Positions 50,696-64,000 of a stretch of DNA of 64,000 nt are shown here, one piece after another (the first letter of the stretch is position 1; the number at the start of each line of letters is the position of its first letter). Location: positions 1-64,000 of the forward strand of contig NMRA01000805.1 of NCBI GenBank assembly GCA_002633005.1, read 5' to 3'. A program made the position numbers and the translations under genes. The notes under the pieces are model-generated. The model was given only the letters and a program-made list of their open reading frames with translations, did not search any database and was not told the origin of the DNA. The DNA comes from Phoronis australis (Eukaryota; Animalia; Phoronida).

Positions 50696-52317
50696 GGGGG
50701 GGGGGGGGCAGCAGGCAGCCCAGTATTAATGCGTTTGCACCATCGTGTGGTAATGCCGCGGCGCCCTCCAGGATCATTGCTTTATATTTCAATTTCGTTG
50801 GCAAATTTTATTTTAGACGCTCAAAGTATAGATGTTCTCATATGTTGTTTGGGGTTCAGTTGCTCTAGACTGGTGGTAGCTCCAGAAAACGAGGTCTAGT
50901 ATCATTTTTCCATGAGAAACGACACTTGGAAATACACGAAGTCAATGTCCCGTGTTTCATACTATGTGCTTGTTCATTCACCTGTACGAGAACTCTTGTT
51001 TGCGCTAGTCACACCTGTCTGCGCAATTATTTGTTCGGTAAACCCCTTGAGAAATGATACCTACGTGTGATATATCAATTTTAATCGTTTAATCAATGTC
51101 TTGCGCCAACGTTTAAACTTACACACGGTGAAAATACTCCAGCACGACAAACACAGCTGAGACGATTACAAAAAAACTATTGTGCATTGAATAAATACTG
51201 CTCAGGCCAAGGAGCATGCCGGCCTCTATGCTAAATCCATTGTGACATCAGCAAACGATGACAACAACCATTGAATGGTTCCCAGTTTAGTCGCCTCAAT
51301 CTCTCCGTGTTGGGCCGGGAAAAGCGAATACATAAGCACGGCATGGTGCTGCGTCGTATCAATTGAGAGGTTACGTAACACAGGCACACTCAGGACGGTG
51401 GTTAATAATTGATGAATATATCGGAGGACATCTTATGATCATTACACGGTCAATAGATAGGTTGTCTCGTGGAGCGCGACAAAACGTTGCTTAGGTAGAC
51501 CTACATCGATTCCTCGTAATAACAGGGATAACGTAGACTGTAGAACCTGGACAGAGTCCCTGACCTGGATGAAGAACAGAATTTACCTATGAAGCATGGG
51601 TGGGTGTACTGATACTACAAGATGGACTGTCTGTAGAGCAGGTGAGTGCGTTTGGTCTTCAGCCCTCATTTACGTTGTCAAATCATATACTGATGAATCG
51701 GGGACGCTTTATACAAATACGCTGTGTTGCGGAATAAGCCTATCCAAAATCACTGTCTGTCGCTAGTAAAGAGATATTTTGTGATTGACATCATTATGTA
51801 CTCTAACATATTCATAATCCTGTCATTCTAGTCACAAATAACATAATTAATTGCTGGTCTATAGATAGAGAGAGGTTTTAAACAGCATTTAGCTAGTCAA
51901 CTCAAAAGTGTTCAAACAATGCCCTTATCGCGGCTTGTTTTTATTCAGTCGTTTAAACCACACTCTTATCTCGGATTTGTTATCGCAAGCGCTTAGATCT
52001 GAAGTATCGTGTCTGAAAAAAGCAAGTCTGGAACAAGAATCGAGTTTCGTGATAGTCGTGCATGCAAGTGTGTGTTGAAGAAATTTGGGAAACAGCGGGC
52101 AGACCGGACGCTGATTCAATACATATCAGGTGAGCTGATGGCCCTGTACTTGATGCCTGGTTGATCAGAATTGGCGACAAGCAGTGAAAAATGAGCCCTG
52201 TGGTATGTCAATTCATAGGACACGACTTTGGGCTTTAAACAAGTTAAGTTCAAGAAACTAAAGAACATTAACCTCTCTGTTTCAGGTTGCTCTCAATAAT
52301 TACAAAGTCCGACAGTC

Positions 52318-52348
52318 ATGACGTTGGCCAAGTCCAGCTCATCATCAG
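52318..52348 (+). CDS. Putative first coding exon of orphan gene (MTLAKSSSSS); exon 52286-52348
   Basis: ctctctgtttcag|...ATG...TCAG|gtaagc. In-frame stop upstream of the ATG. Phase 1 joins 58975 in frame (G+AA = Glu). Confidence 0.4.
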
Positions 52349-55300
52349 GTAAGCCAAGTTGACGGCCAGTTGCGGGTTTATCTGAAGTGGTTACATCTTC
52401 AAACTGCTCGGAAAACCTGCAACTTATTTTTTTTTTCTTCAAACTTCTTGAAGATTTTCGAAGTGCAGATTATAAATTGAAGACCAACGCAGCGATAATT
52501 GCTTGGCCAATTGCAATCTTCAGACTGAAATGAAATTGAATTAATTAAGCGACGATGAAGCAATCATTGAACTCCATTCAGTCCATGGTTTCATCATGTT
52601 TAATAACCAACGCTAAGGAACTCCTATCAACGAACCAAAACCACGTCTTCCATCCCAAAACATGAATCGAAACGACGGTTTTCAGAGATGGCGCTGCGTA
52701 GGGATATAGTCTGGTCGGCGAGTGAACTGTCTCAGCCTGTCGTGGGCGATTCCGCTCTGCTAGCATGTTCGCACCCAACCCATGCTACTGACAACCTCTG
52801 ATAATACATTTTTACAGCACTGGCGGGTCTAGGATCTGCTAAAGGGGTACAAACACAATTCTAGACAAAATATCGTTCGCGTGAGCCCTAAATGGGATGC
52901 TGACAGTGTTATTAGTCGTGGGCGTATAGGGGTAAACTTCCCCTACTCCCAAGACCGCCTATGCACATTCCGATTGTCATGTACGTTTTTCGAGCAAGAG
53001 TAGGAATGTGTTGGTCAGCCGAGGAGAGCTAACGCGATACAGTTTGGGACAATTTATTGTTGAACATAGAGCACGTTTGAATTTGCTCAGAGAGTACCAT
53101 CGATCGTTTGCGAGAGGTTGAGTATGCGACGATCGTACAAGTATACACACCCTTGGAGTTAAGTTATGGTGTGCGGTGCCGCAGTGTAATAGACAGTACT
53201 TTACGACTTGCATAGAACACACCCACGTTCTGGTAGACACGTACACCAAGGCTATCCCGGTATCCCACACGCCCTCATTCATTGTTTCCTAATAAAGTCA
53301 GTGACACGACTCAGTGACGTCTCTGTCTAGCGGGCTACGTGGAGTAGCTTTATGGTGTCATATTACCAAATGAACATGTTATCAGTTACAGCAAAATAGT
53401 TCGCAAAGGTAGACCACATCAGTTTGTAAGCAAGCCAACACAAGAATTTTTTTCTGCACTTTGTTGGTTGATGGCACCGAAGTAGTTGCTCTATCCATGA
53501 TGTAGGCAATCAGTCCTGTGGCACTCGTTGACAAGTGTCGAAAAATATTAAGTATAGCCAGTCATGTGCCATGTGCAAATTTTTCTTTAGGCCTGCTCAG
53601 GCGAGTCTTATTGAATATTTATCGGAGATCTTCAAAATTTATCAAATGTACGTAAAAGTTGTGGAATCAATAGCTACATACATTAGAGTGAAAATTTCCT
53701 AAGAAAAAATACAGAAAACTTCTGTCTTTACCTGGCCCGGTTAAAAAGCGAGCTGTAATGCACAAGTGCTGGTTTAGTCACGCAGTGCAACCTTTTAGAA
53801 CTATTTTGCCTGCCGTGATGTAGTCTGAGGGCACATTATGAACATCGCTACTTCCTTAAATTCCATGATATTTATTTTCAATTTTTGTTCAAGACTCTGT
53901 CCGCGTATTGTTCATTTAAACAGCACTATTACTGCCTTGTAACAAAACCATTTAGGAACCTAGAAAAATGGCCACAGGCGTAATATTGAAATATTATATC
54001 TTACAAATGGTTGATCGGATTCAGATAGTATGGTTTATTCACTGTTATCCAAAACGCAGTTAGGATTTGCTTTGAACATGTTTGCGTGAGGGGCTATCAA
54101 AAATAGGGACTTTATGTTTTTTTTAGAAAAATCCAAAGTTGCATAAACTGAAATATTAGTCTTGAAAACTACAACAGCGTTTTCGAGATTCTCTCTTCGA
54201 CATTTATATCAAATGTTACGTTATTGAGATGATCGTTTGCCTAGAGCATTGTCTATTCGTTAACTGGCAAGAGACTAACTGACACTGTGCACGATGATCG
54301 GTATGCACCTTTCTTTTTTACTGAAAACGTTCTACAAACATAACATCACGTGACTCAAGCGAGCGGTTGCAGATTGGTGTAGACTTACAGACCGTATTCT
54401 AGGCCTACACGCTTTCTACTTTAACCAATACGTATGTGATCTCTTACTGAGATGAATTCTATGATTTTGTAGGCAATTAGCAAAATGTGTAGATTTATCA
54501 ATAAGGCCCTATATATAACCTTAAACCGGAATTGCTCGACTGTCCAAATGGAGTTTATAGCAACTGACTGGACAACGAAATCCGAAGACTTGTTTTATAT
54601 TCCCTTAATGAGCTTGAAACTCAACACATAATAAAAGTGTCACAAACATGGTACTCAAAGTATCATTATTTAGTAAACATTACGCCTGATTACACCCCAG
54701 TAGGATTAATTACTTCAGTTGTAAGGGAAAATCAATTTACATAGATTCGAATATATTTTTTGTTCCGCCATGACGTCATGCAAGATTGCCAATTGATTTC
54801 AAGTCATCTGGGATGCAAACGCATCAAATGGAGTAATTTTGATAACAAATATGAAGATTGTGTGAGCTACACCGAAACTTGTCGGATGGTTTGATATAAT
54901 GTATGCGCCAATTGAGTCTGCGAAGCTGTGCCTATATCCTGAATCAAGTGCAATCATGTTCACCTGTATGCGTAAAACCAATGAGCTATCTGTATCTAGC
55001 TCATTTGGTAAAACCAAGGAATAAAATTTTAGACTAGCATGTGAGTTAAGTTTAATTTCTCCATTAGAAAATGATTCACATTGACGAGTATTCAGTTAAA
55101 CCTTGAAAATATTAATATTGGAGAAAAGACACACAAAAAAAACTATTTTAATAGGTGCTTAAAAGTACATGCAATGAATATAAAAATAGACCTATTGCTT
55201 TCAATGAACCTTTGGCGCATCCGCCTGTACATGTATACGAAACATTCGGGTATTTCTTGAAAAGCGCATTGTTTCTGAAAAAGGAGCACGGCCCTAAATA

Positions 55301-56103
55301 TGCGTATAAAGGATATGCGAGATTAGTAGATGATACAAATAACTGACGATATTTCACAGTTTGTTACGTCATAGGTTCTGATGAATCATAATCCTTGGTT
55401 AGCTTACTGACAGTGACTGTAACTTGACACGTAGTGGCTATGAGGAAAACGAATCGATTCAGTGCTTGGACCGTCTCGAAGGGCCTTCGAGACGGCGGTG
55501 ATTGAAGCTTTTATTGACGCTCCTTACGTAGGAAGCTTTTTCGACGAATAATGCTTCACACGTTGCTAACTACCTTTTGCTCATACAGAGACACCCTAGG
55601 ATGCCTTCGATGACTTTAATTCCTTCCAATTCGAACAAAATATTCCCTCAATCAAACATTTTCTTCGAGCAGTCCTTCGTTGAGTTGCCCAAAGCGGCAA
55701 CTGGCTATTTTAACACTGCGCACGCTCCTATTTTTACCGCGCCCACCAGGAGCCACGTCATGACAGGTAATCACTTCATTGAGCCGGTTGAAGCAAACAT
55801 CTTGAGCCAGGTCTGTGAACCAACTACAAGGTGCCATTTCTTCATAAATTCAAAATTCTCGTATAATCTGAATAAGGTACATGTTGAGACTGACTAGTTT
55901 GGAAGCGTTAGTGTTCTAAATCAAATTTAGTTTTTTGGCGGAAGGCGAATTTTGTCAGTTCGTTAACATTAGGCTGTATACTCCTGCAGCTATAGCTCTG
56001 TTCCAATCACTACCGTACACATGTTAAACAAACTGGTGAGTGAGTGTCTCTCACTTGGAAATAGAGAAACGACATTTCTTTGTTCGACCGTCAGGGTGAA
56101 GAG

Positions 56104-56470
56104 TTTATTTATTTACTGAATGTTTAAAATGAGGGTGGCCTCTTCAGTGAAAGCACATCTTTCCAAGAGGGCCCTCAACAATAGAATATAAAACAGTAAT
56201 ATAATACAATAAAGTAGTAAAACAATAATTAAATGCATGTAACAAAGAAACAATTAAAACAGGTCGAGAATTTAGATAATGAATAAATGACGAAGGATGA
56301 GGAAAATTTGACTAAGAGAGGTGAAATAAATAAAGAGATGATACTAAATAGTGAGAGAACAGGAATGAAAAAGGGCATAATTAAGACAGGTAAGATGTAA
56401 GAATTGGTAAGTAAATTACAGCCACTTGCATTATATTTGAAAGCATTAATTGAATCGTGAGTTTTGAGAA
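56104..56470 (-). mobile_element. Probable LINE 3' end remnant
   Basis: (TTTA)n tail next to the GAGGGTGGCCTCTT...AAGAGGGCCCTC stem-loop, with pyrimidine-rich 3'UTR-like sequence on the minus strand. Confidence 0.35.
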
Positions 56471-57474
56471 AGCTATTCGTGTGATGAAACTGATCAAAAA
56501 GTCAGTATTTCCCTGCGTGAACAATTACAGTGCTTATGAAAAGACGCGGTTTGTTGAGTTCTCGAAGGTTTTCTAACTTATACTTCACGAATCTGATGAC
56601 CCGCCGAAGCCGGGATCGTGAGAGTTTCGCTCAGGTGTTTCGTCCCTGTGCACGTCAGACCACCTGTCCTTTTCCCCGTCATTATTGTAGAACAGTTGTT
56701 TTAAAAATAATCGAAGAAAATCAGAAAGAAATTGGCGATTCGTCAACAAAGAAGAGTTATTTGTCCTTTGAACTACCGATTTTCCACGAGATTTGATTAT
56801 TTTTCGAAATCAACTAAAGCATTTCAAATGACTCAATATCCTTGCGTAATTCGAGTAGGTTTAGTTTGAAACAAGTAATGCTTACTAAATTCACAACTAC
56901 GTCACAAGCATGACGATAGTACGTGATGATGTCACGTGATCATCCACCATGAATCCTAACACTGCACATGATAACCGAGTAGAAAAGAATGATCAATCGT
57001 ACTATTGTTTCAAATGCATTCATCAGTAACACAATACCTTTTCATTGAAAACATGCTTTGCATATGTTCTTTGATATTAGCATGTAGTCGTACGAGTCGA
57101 TATTTCCAGTGAAAACGTACATATAAGGTTTACAAGCATACGTGCATTTCAAATCTAATTTACACGTAAGCTAAGCCACCGCCCATTGTCAGTTCGGATT
57201 CTCTGTGTTTATCTTTTACCAGTGGGGATTAAAATAGCTTGTCAGTTGATCAACGGAAATTAAATTCAACAAACAGTGATAACATTACCGATTGATAACA
57301 ATCTTGCTTCAATAAAAATATTGTATTTCCTAGTTCATTTTTACGTGAACTGCAAAATCGGACAATACTAAAACTTGTCGCTGCAGGTTAATAACCGGCA
57401 ACGACCCTCACGAATAAGTTGATCTGTGGTTTGGTGTTGTTTTCTGTAGTGTAGTTCGGACCGCAGTGCTGGGA

Positions 57475-58538
57475 CGGATGTTATGATCCTAGCACTGTTT
57501 TGCTGCGTTTGTAGCGACGGTTGTCCAAACAAATAATCTAAAGAAACGGGTGAATAGCCGCCATTTCAACTTTGATTAGGGACATTCGTTTGATGTCCCC
57601 AATTGATGATGATGAGATTGATGTTGGCCTTCAAAGAAAGTGGCGTACACAATATGCGTGTAATCGCCCGTAAACATTTCTCTGCGTCAACAGATAGTGA
57701 GAATACGAGCGCTTATTTATGACGACAATATTTGATGTTACGGTCCCATTACTGATCTGGCCACACAGCCTACGGTTGATCCGACTGAGATTGTATGTTA
57801 AAATGTCTTTGCATTCGTATATGGTTGTCTGAAAACCATTTAGTACCTCTTCTAGGAATCTAAACCCGTCAGTTGTACACACTTAACGTGGAGAATATTG
57901 TACATTTAAGCAGGAAGAGATAACCAGGAAGGGACAACTAGCTAAACCGCCGTTTTTGGCCTCCTTCCCCGGTCTAATTTCAGGACTTAAGTTTCGTTTA
58001 AAAGGAAACAGATGATTTTATCAGAGAGATTAAAGCTTTTTCTATAAAAGGATATCAAAAAACTCACTTTGCAACCTTAAACAGTGGTGTAATTGTACTT
58101 TNCGGATGTTATGATCCTAGCACTGTTTTGCTGCGTTTGTAGCGACGGTTGTCCAAACAAATAATCTAAAGAAACGGGTGAATAGCCGCCATTTCAACTT
58201 TGATTAGGGACTTTCGTTTGATGTCCCCAATTGATGATGATGAGATTGAGGTTGGCCATCAAAGAAAGTGGCGTACACAATATGCGTGTAATCGCCCATA
58301 AACATTTCTCTGCGTCAACAGATAGTGAGAATACGAGCGCTTATTTATGACGACAATATTTGATGTTACGTCCCACTACTGACCTGGCCACTCAGCCTAC
58401 GGTTGATCCGACTGAGATTGTATGTTAAAATGTCTTTGCATTCGTATATGGTTGTCAGAAAACCATTTTGTACCTCTTCTAGGAACCTAAACCCGTCAGT
58501 TGTACACACTTAACGTGGAGAATATTGTACATTTAAGC
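57475..58538. repeat. ~436-bp direct duplicate (57475-57911 / 58103-58538) at a single-N join; probable alleles
   Basis: Colinear copies with SNPs; N at 58102. Confidence 0.8.
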
Positions 58539-58596
58539 TCGGTCAAACACCACCGATTTCCCAGGCGCCATCTCTTGCAGCACTAGGAATGAGAGT

Positions 58597-58797
58597 CATG
58601 CGCGCACCAGGTGGGTGGTGCATTTGGCGAAGTGAGTCCGAGAAAACGAGTCAAAAGTCCACAGGAATTCGGCACGAATGCACAATTCATAGGTCTGAAC
58701 GTAGTAGCCCGTTTTTTTTAATACCCATTTTTTCCAGTAAAAGGTCCACGTACTGTAAAATTCGAGCCCCCCATAATTTAAGCTGGGTTCGCGCATG
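58597..58797 (+). mobile_element. MITE (CATGCGCGCACC...TTCGCGCATG)
   Basis: Inverted termini and internal similarity to 5886-6084. Confidence 0.55.
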
Positions 58798-58974
58798 AGT
58801 GTAGTACTGAGTGTAGCATGTGACACATGTGCCCCCCCAAGGATGTCATCAACTAGATTTTGAGAAATGATATGTTTGAGAAATGATATGCCTATCGTGT
58901 TTTCATCAAAACCACTATTCGTGCACTTTGTTGCATAATCGATTGAATTCAGCGTTTATCTATTGTTTTTCCAG

Positions 58975-59399
58975 AAGCCATGACAACGGGGAACCAGTAT
59001 TATCTCTCGCCCAATAACGTGGTAAAGAAATCGTCAGATGACAACCTACGCACACTATCACTACCTCCAATGCCCTCTTCGTCGTTAGCTGCGTCTTATT
59101 CAGAGCTGACGAGACGTTGGAAAAAGCCTCCCGTGTCAGGGAGTCGCAGTAGCAGTCACACAACTATCAAACGGAGCAAAAGTTGCGACACGGACAGAAT
59201 CGTGCGAACAATAAACCTCAAACTGGAAATTAAACCGTCTGACATTCGCCAGCTGAACTGCGGTGATGGGAAAAAGATGAAGTCCGTGCTCTCGCGAGAT
59301 CGTTCCCCAAAAGTAAGTGTGGAGGCTTTGGATTTGGCGAAATCCAAAGCATTACAGACTCGAGAGAAGGAAAGGAAGAAAGTGTCTTTTGCAATTTGA
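58975..59399 (+). CDS. Terminal exon of an orphan basic, Ser-rich protein ending in KKVSFAI (RVxF motif)
   Basis: Acceptor ttgtttttccag at 58974, GCCATG at 58980, 139-aa non-repetitive ORF, AATAAA at 59449-59454. Confidence 0.55.
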
Positions 59400-61439
59400 T
59401 CATCGGACTTCCTTTTTGTATAAGTCTTCATGGTCATCGCGCAAGTGCAATAAAAAAAATAATTTTCAAAGCGACAGACAGAAAAATCAATCCTCTAGTG
59501 GAGACACCAAAGCGACGAATTCGCGAGCGTTACCAATTGGTATTTTGAGATGTTGCACCTAGCACTCTTATACCAGGTCTTGGCATATGTAAGATTACGC
59601 CGTCAGAGGTGAAACGATACCGCCTTGTCACCACGAGTGTGCCGTCGTCGTGTGCTGGCCCTTGGTCGGGTTGCCGCCTGAGGCCACGGACTCCTCCCCC
59701 AGCTATGCCAAAAGTCTTGTCTCGTCCCTACGTACTCTACCAGAAGCTATGTATTTAAATAGACCGCATAAAGATTATGAGGGCGGACACCACTATGGGC
59801 CACTTGGACCGCGGTATCCGATCAAGTAGCCCCGAGGAATGTTACGTTGTCAGAAATCATTAATTTAGTGTGTCTAACGCATCGAGTACGCCTGTACGTG
59901 TAAACTTACAAAACTGTTACGCAATCACGTGTATGATCGAAACTTGATAGCTATATTTTTCACTATTCCTATTCTTAATTGCTGTGAATACAAATTGATA
60001 TTAGTCACTCGATACACTGGTGAATCTCTTAACCTTACGTACATTGGCACGCCACACGCGCACGCACTCATGCACACACACGCCCATGTTAAGTCAGTTC
60101 ATTTCTTACTCGGGACTTTGGTCTACACGGGTTCTATATGGGAGACTGTTGCGAAGTAGCAACAACCGGTGAACATTGCGTGTGGAATAATTTTTTTTTC
60201 ATTGACCTACTATTGACTTCATGACAGTGTTTTGTGGTCTATGGTCGTTCTTAAGGTGTTGAAAAGAGAAGTTATCTCTCCGCAATTTCTACCTGGATAC
60301 GTTCAGTTGTCAGCCAGTAAACAATACAAGCCATTCGGTCCACTGCAGCCACACACACACACGGGTAGGTTTAACCATCCTAAAAAGAAATTGTGGTCAC
60401 AGAAATTGAGGATTTTGAATCAATTTTACTAGTTTCCTAGTCTCGCTGGTTTGTGAAACATACTGGAGATGTAAAAGATATACGGTACTTCCGCTCATTT
60501 GTCCACCTGCAATTGACTCTGGGCCATATTAGTTTGACCGGAGTTGCATTGTGACTCTCCACGGACTTATTACGGTGAATTCTTTCACACGGCGGTATGT
60601 GACTGTATGACACAAACGAGTTTAATTGCATTGTAAAACAAATGGACTCTGTGAGAGTTTCTGTGTGTATGACCGTGTGTTGCTTGTTCGATGTAGACGT
60701 GTTCATAGCCCAAGGGACACTTACACATATGTTCGAAAAGTAAAAGATTTAACCATGATTTAGAAACCGCCGTCGACTGGAGTTGACAAACCAAACGGGA
60801 GGTTTTTCTAACGAGTCGACAGTAAAATGCGCATTTCTCTTTTAGACAATAAATGTCGGAAATAGCACTTGCTCAATTAGGGCCATCCGTGCGTGAATAT
60901 TGTATTTTTGTTTTGACGTGGGATCTAGGAGTTCATTTTCAAGTTGCTAGACTACGGCAGCAGGTTTTCGAATAGCTGACTTTCGAAATCGCTGCACCAT
61001 ATTGAAATTCACTATCCCGCCAGACGGCGAGAAGATATTTGGTGGACACTGAGGCGTTCAGGCTAAAATTTCGATGACATCGTATTCGAACAAGAGCGCC
61101 TGATAAACATTTTGTAAATTCATAGTATGCAGTCGCTGTTAGCGCCCCATCCTGGGGCCCTTCAATCGCTACATAAGCTTGATTCTAGTTGTGCCACGAT
61201 CACACACGCGTGCGACGTGGGTTCGTGGTGTGAGTATTTCAGTGACGTAAGGTTATCCCTACCAGAATGGCCTCTGCTTTTGGTGTGAGCCTGCCACCAA
61301 ACAGGAAAGGCCTGGATGGTCGCGGGTTTCGTTTTACCACTATTTCTCAGTGTCCCGCTCCAGACTGTGTCGGGATCAATGGCGTCTCATTATTCTAGAC
61401 AGTGTCAATTTGAAATGTCCTCTGAACTAGTAAAAACGG

Positions 61440-62083
61440 GCACAGAACAGTTCTCACTGTGGCTTGCATATCAGAACACACAGGCACGTCGATGGACTCC
61501 GACTCAGTCACCCTTTCTTCACTCTGTCAAAAACTGTATGCACAGAATAACAAGTTTTAAGGCATTTCACATCACAAGCCCTACATTGAGATGAGCTCAG
61601 AAACGTCATTCTCTTGTGTATTTTGACCCTTTCACTCCTACTGAAAAGCAAGGTAGGCTAGGAAAAGGGCAAAAAAACACAAGTCGGCACTTTTCACCCC
61701 AAAACCACCACTTCCCAGTCGATGCACGACACACGACAACATCAGATTCTGAAATTTCCTACCGATTCAAAAAATGTGGTTCAAAAGTATTGTAAATCAA
61801 CTAATAGTTTCTTTTTTTTCCAATTCTGGCTTGTTTGAAGGCTACCTGAAATTGCAGCCGATTTCTCAGTCGCTACCCAGTAATGAACACATGCAACTGG
61901 GGGCCACCATCTTGAAGAAGTGTGCACCTACAGTCGAGGAAGTGGTCTTTTCTCAAATAGCACATCCACTGAGCCTACATGCAACACCTACCTAAAACTG
62001 CCCCCAAGCTAGACCAATCCTTAGATTTTAATATTTTGGCACTGCAAATTGGCCGTGGCCGCAGTTCAGTGTTCAGTGCCACC
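61440..62083 (-). repeat. Inverted copy of the repeat at 22938-23591
   Basis: Colinear reverse-complement similarity over about 640 bp. Confidence 0.8.
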
Positions 62084-62311
62084 AAAGGTATGCCCACCTT
62101 ACCAAGGACGGGCTTTACCGCTCGCTGGGGGATTGAGTGGGCTGAACACTGGGAGCTGTTATCCCAGGGATATGATTCGACCGCTTTTGTTCGCAGAATT
62201 ATGATACGTGTTTGACAACAAATCGGTAAGATCTTCAGGCTTTCTCGATGATGTTCAACTAGTTCAACCAATGCAACAGCTCGTGTGTATTAGCTCATGT
62301 TGATTGTTTAA

Positions 62312-62711
62312 GGCAGGTGGATACACAAACAATTAGTTTTGACTGTTTTTTACATTTTTATGTTAACCTAATCTTTAATACTTGATGCACAGTATATTGA
62401 AGACAAATAAAATCATTCTGAAAATCCAAAGTTGTTTTTTAAATTGCATTTGATCAAGCTTCAGTAAATCCTATGACTTGACTGCTCACCAGCTCAGTGA
62501 CTGGTATGTGGGGCGGAGCTTATACAAGGACACTACCTCTAATCTAACCTGTCAACAAACATTGCGAAAAGTAAGAAATACGATATTTAAAAAAACGGAC
62601 TACAATAAAAACTCTTTTTTCGATTTTTGTCACTTTCAGAGTCATGTCTAAGTAGTTACTTATTTACATGTAGATAGGAACCTGGAGATTTGACCAGTGT
62701 ATACACCACCC
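62312..62711. mobile_element. Kolobok-like MITE
   Basis: TTAA at 62308-62311 and 62712-62715 flanking GGCAGGTGGATACAC...GTGTATACACCACCC imperfect TIRs. Confidence 0.5.
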
Positions 62712-62991
62712 TTAATACAACCACATTTTTGCTCAGTCGTGGTAATTTGTCAGGTGTCTTAGGCGCTTAATCTCGGTGCCATGGCATTTAACTTACTAAA
62801 AGGACTGATTGGCATGATGTATGTCTCCTGGGAGTGATATTGGTCCTAGATGTTTCAAAACAATTGGTTAAAAGTTCTGCAGCTTCTAATTACCTTTGAC
62901 AACATTTACCTTGTGTGATAAAAAGAATTCAAATTTTGCCTCATTACTTAGGTTACATTTGGGATTGTTGTCTATAATGAAACATTATCAG

Positions 62992-63256
62992 TATGCGCGC
63001 ACATAGCTTTTAATATGGGAGGACTCGCATTTCTGGCGATGTGGACCTTTTGCTGACAAAAGAGCGGGAGGAGTAAAATAAAACAAAAAAAACGGGGTAC
63101 CACCTTCACTGTGCGTCTGTGCCTTTTTAGTGGTCTTTTGTCTCGTTTTCTCAGACTTTTTTCCTCTGAGGAGGACCTTTTTGCCCACTTCGCGAAATGG
63201 GGTGACTCGTTCGTTCGAGTCCCCCGAGCCCCCCCCCCCTCCCTGGGTGCGCGCAT
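62992..63256 (-). mobile_element. MITE (ATGCGCGCAC termini), same family as 5886-6084
   Basis: TATGCGCGCAC...GGGTGCGCGCAT ends; internal CTTTTGTCTCGTTTT and GCCCACTTCGC are reverse complements of blocks at 5940-6010. Confidence 0.55.
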
Positions 63257-63364
63257 TATCAACACAATCACAAAAACCGTCTGCGATAGTCTCTGAAAGT
63301 ATGGCATTCACAAAGAACCACATGATTCAGTGTTGTTAGGTCTTTACAAGCTCGAACCAACATA

Positions 63365-63510
63365 CCGGGGTAGAGTTCAGTAACGCTAGGACCTCGCTAA
63401 ATTCTAGCCAAAATCGCGTGTTTACATTTAAAATACACGGCAATATTACACGTAATCTCGACAAGTTTTGCTTTTTAGAGAAGTCCGAGGAATACTGAAC
63501 TCTACCCAGG
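63365..63510 (+). mobile_element. ~145-bp MITE, best-preserved copy
   Basis: TIR GGGTAGAGTTCAGTA / TACTGAACTCTACCC. Confidence 0.65.
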
Positions 63511-64000
63511 TTTGTGGTTCAAGCACTGAACAAGTCCTGACGTTAACGGCATAAGCAGCTCCACCTGTTAGCGGTAAAACCCTTGGTCGGGTGGGCGTAT
63601 CCAGTTTTATTACGTGTCGTCTTATTGATGACATTCACGTGGCTACCCTTTTAGTGTTTTTATTGATACATTCTTAAGGAACCGCTCACGGAGAGAGGGT
63701 CCAATGTTGGAATCGATTACTTCTATTTCCCTGTTCTTTAGTGAAATCGTGCAACCGGCTTTCATGTTGAGGAAGGTCACTGCCTCCATCGCTGTGTGAC
63801 CACACGGCGGTGGAATGAACTGCAACTTTTCTCCAAGCTTAATGATGTTTAGCCTTTCATCTTAACGTGTCCAATCACCCTGTACATGTAAATATGACAC
63901 TGCCAGGTATTCACGAGAAGAAGTTGAGATTCCAAATTTATAAAAAACACAAAACATTCGTGCACAGCACGGCAGTATCAGGACATTCGACCAAAACAAC

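Noticed and set aside
49717-50899. 330-380 aa ORFs
   Set aside because: Artefacts of the microsatellite plus N gap.
55577-55897. ORFs with faint LTR-retrotransposon C-terminal resemblance
   Set aside because: Similarity limited to a few residues; not supportable.
56584-56625. CTGATGA followed by a stem-loop (hammerhead/SECIS-like)
   Set aside because: Lacks the GAAA after stem II and the other helices; stem too short for a SECIS.

Overview
Eukaryotic, repeat-rich, AT-rich animal DNA with spliceosomal introns. The intron positions and repeat landscape suggest a marine invertebrate, possibly a deuterostome (inference). It comes from a draft assembly with single-N joins between diverged near-duplicate segments (probably uncollapsed alleles) and one 848-nt gap. 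One conserved gene is fully resolved: AP-3 adaptor complex sigma subunit (AP3S1/2 ortholog), six coding exons at 30808-43778 (+), 191 aa. The most unusual feature is a bacterial-type folB-folK fusion gene (dihydroneopterin aldolase + HPPK, folate/pterin pathway, normally absent from animals) at 19476-21198 (-). It appears domesticated by a 7-codon first exon and a 760-nt GT-AG intron that contains a host repeat, so it is a candidate horizontal gene transfer. Other points: a 50-bp VNTR multiplies the last splice acceptor of AP3S; a Helentron/DINE-like element carries CTCF-like motifs at about 147-bp period; an orphan two-exon ORF ends in a PP1-docking RVxF motif; there are possible 5' exons of an unidentified minus-strand gene, a THAP-bearing Kolobok derivative, several MITE families and LINE fragments.
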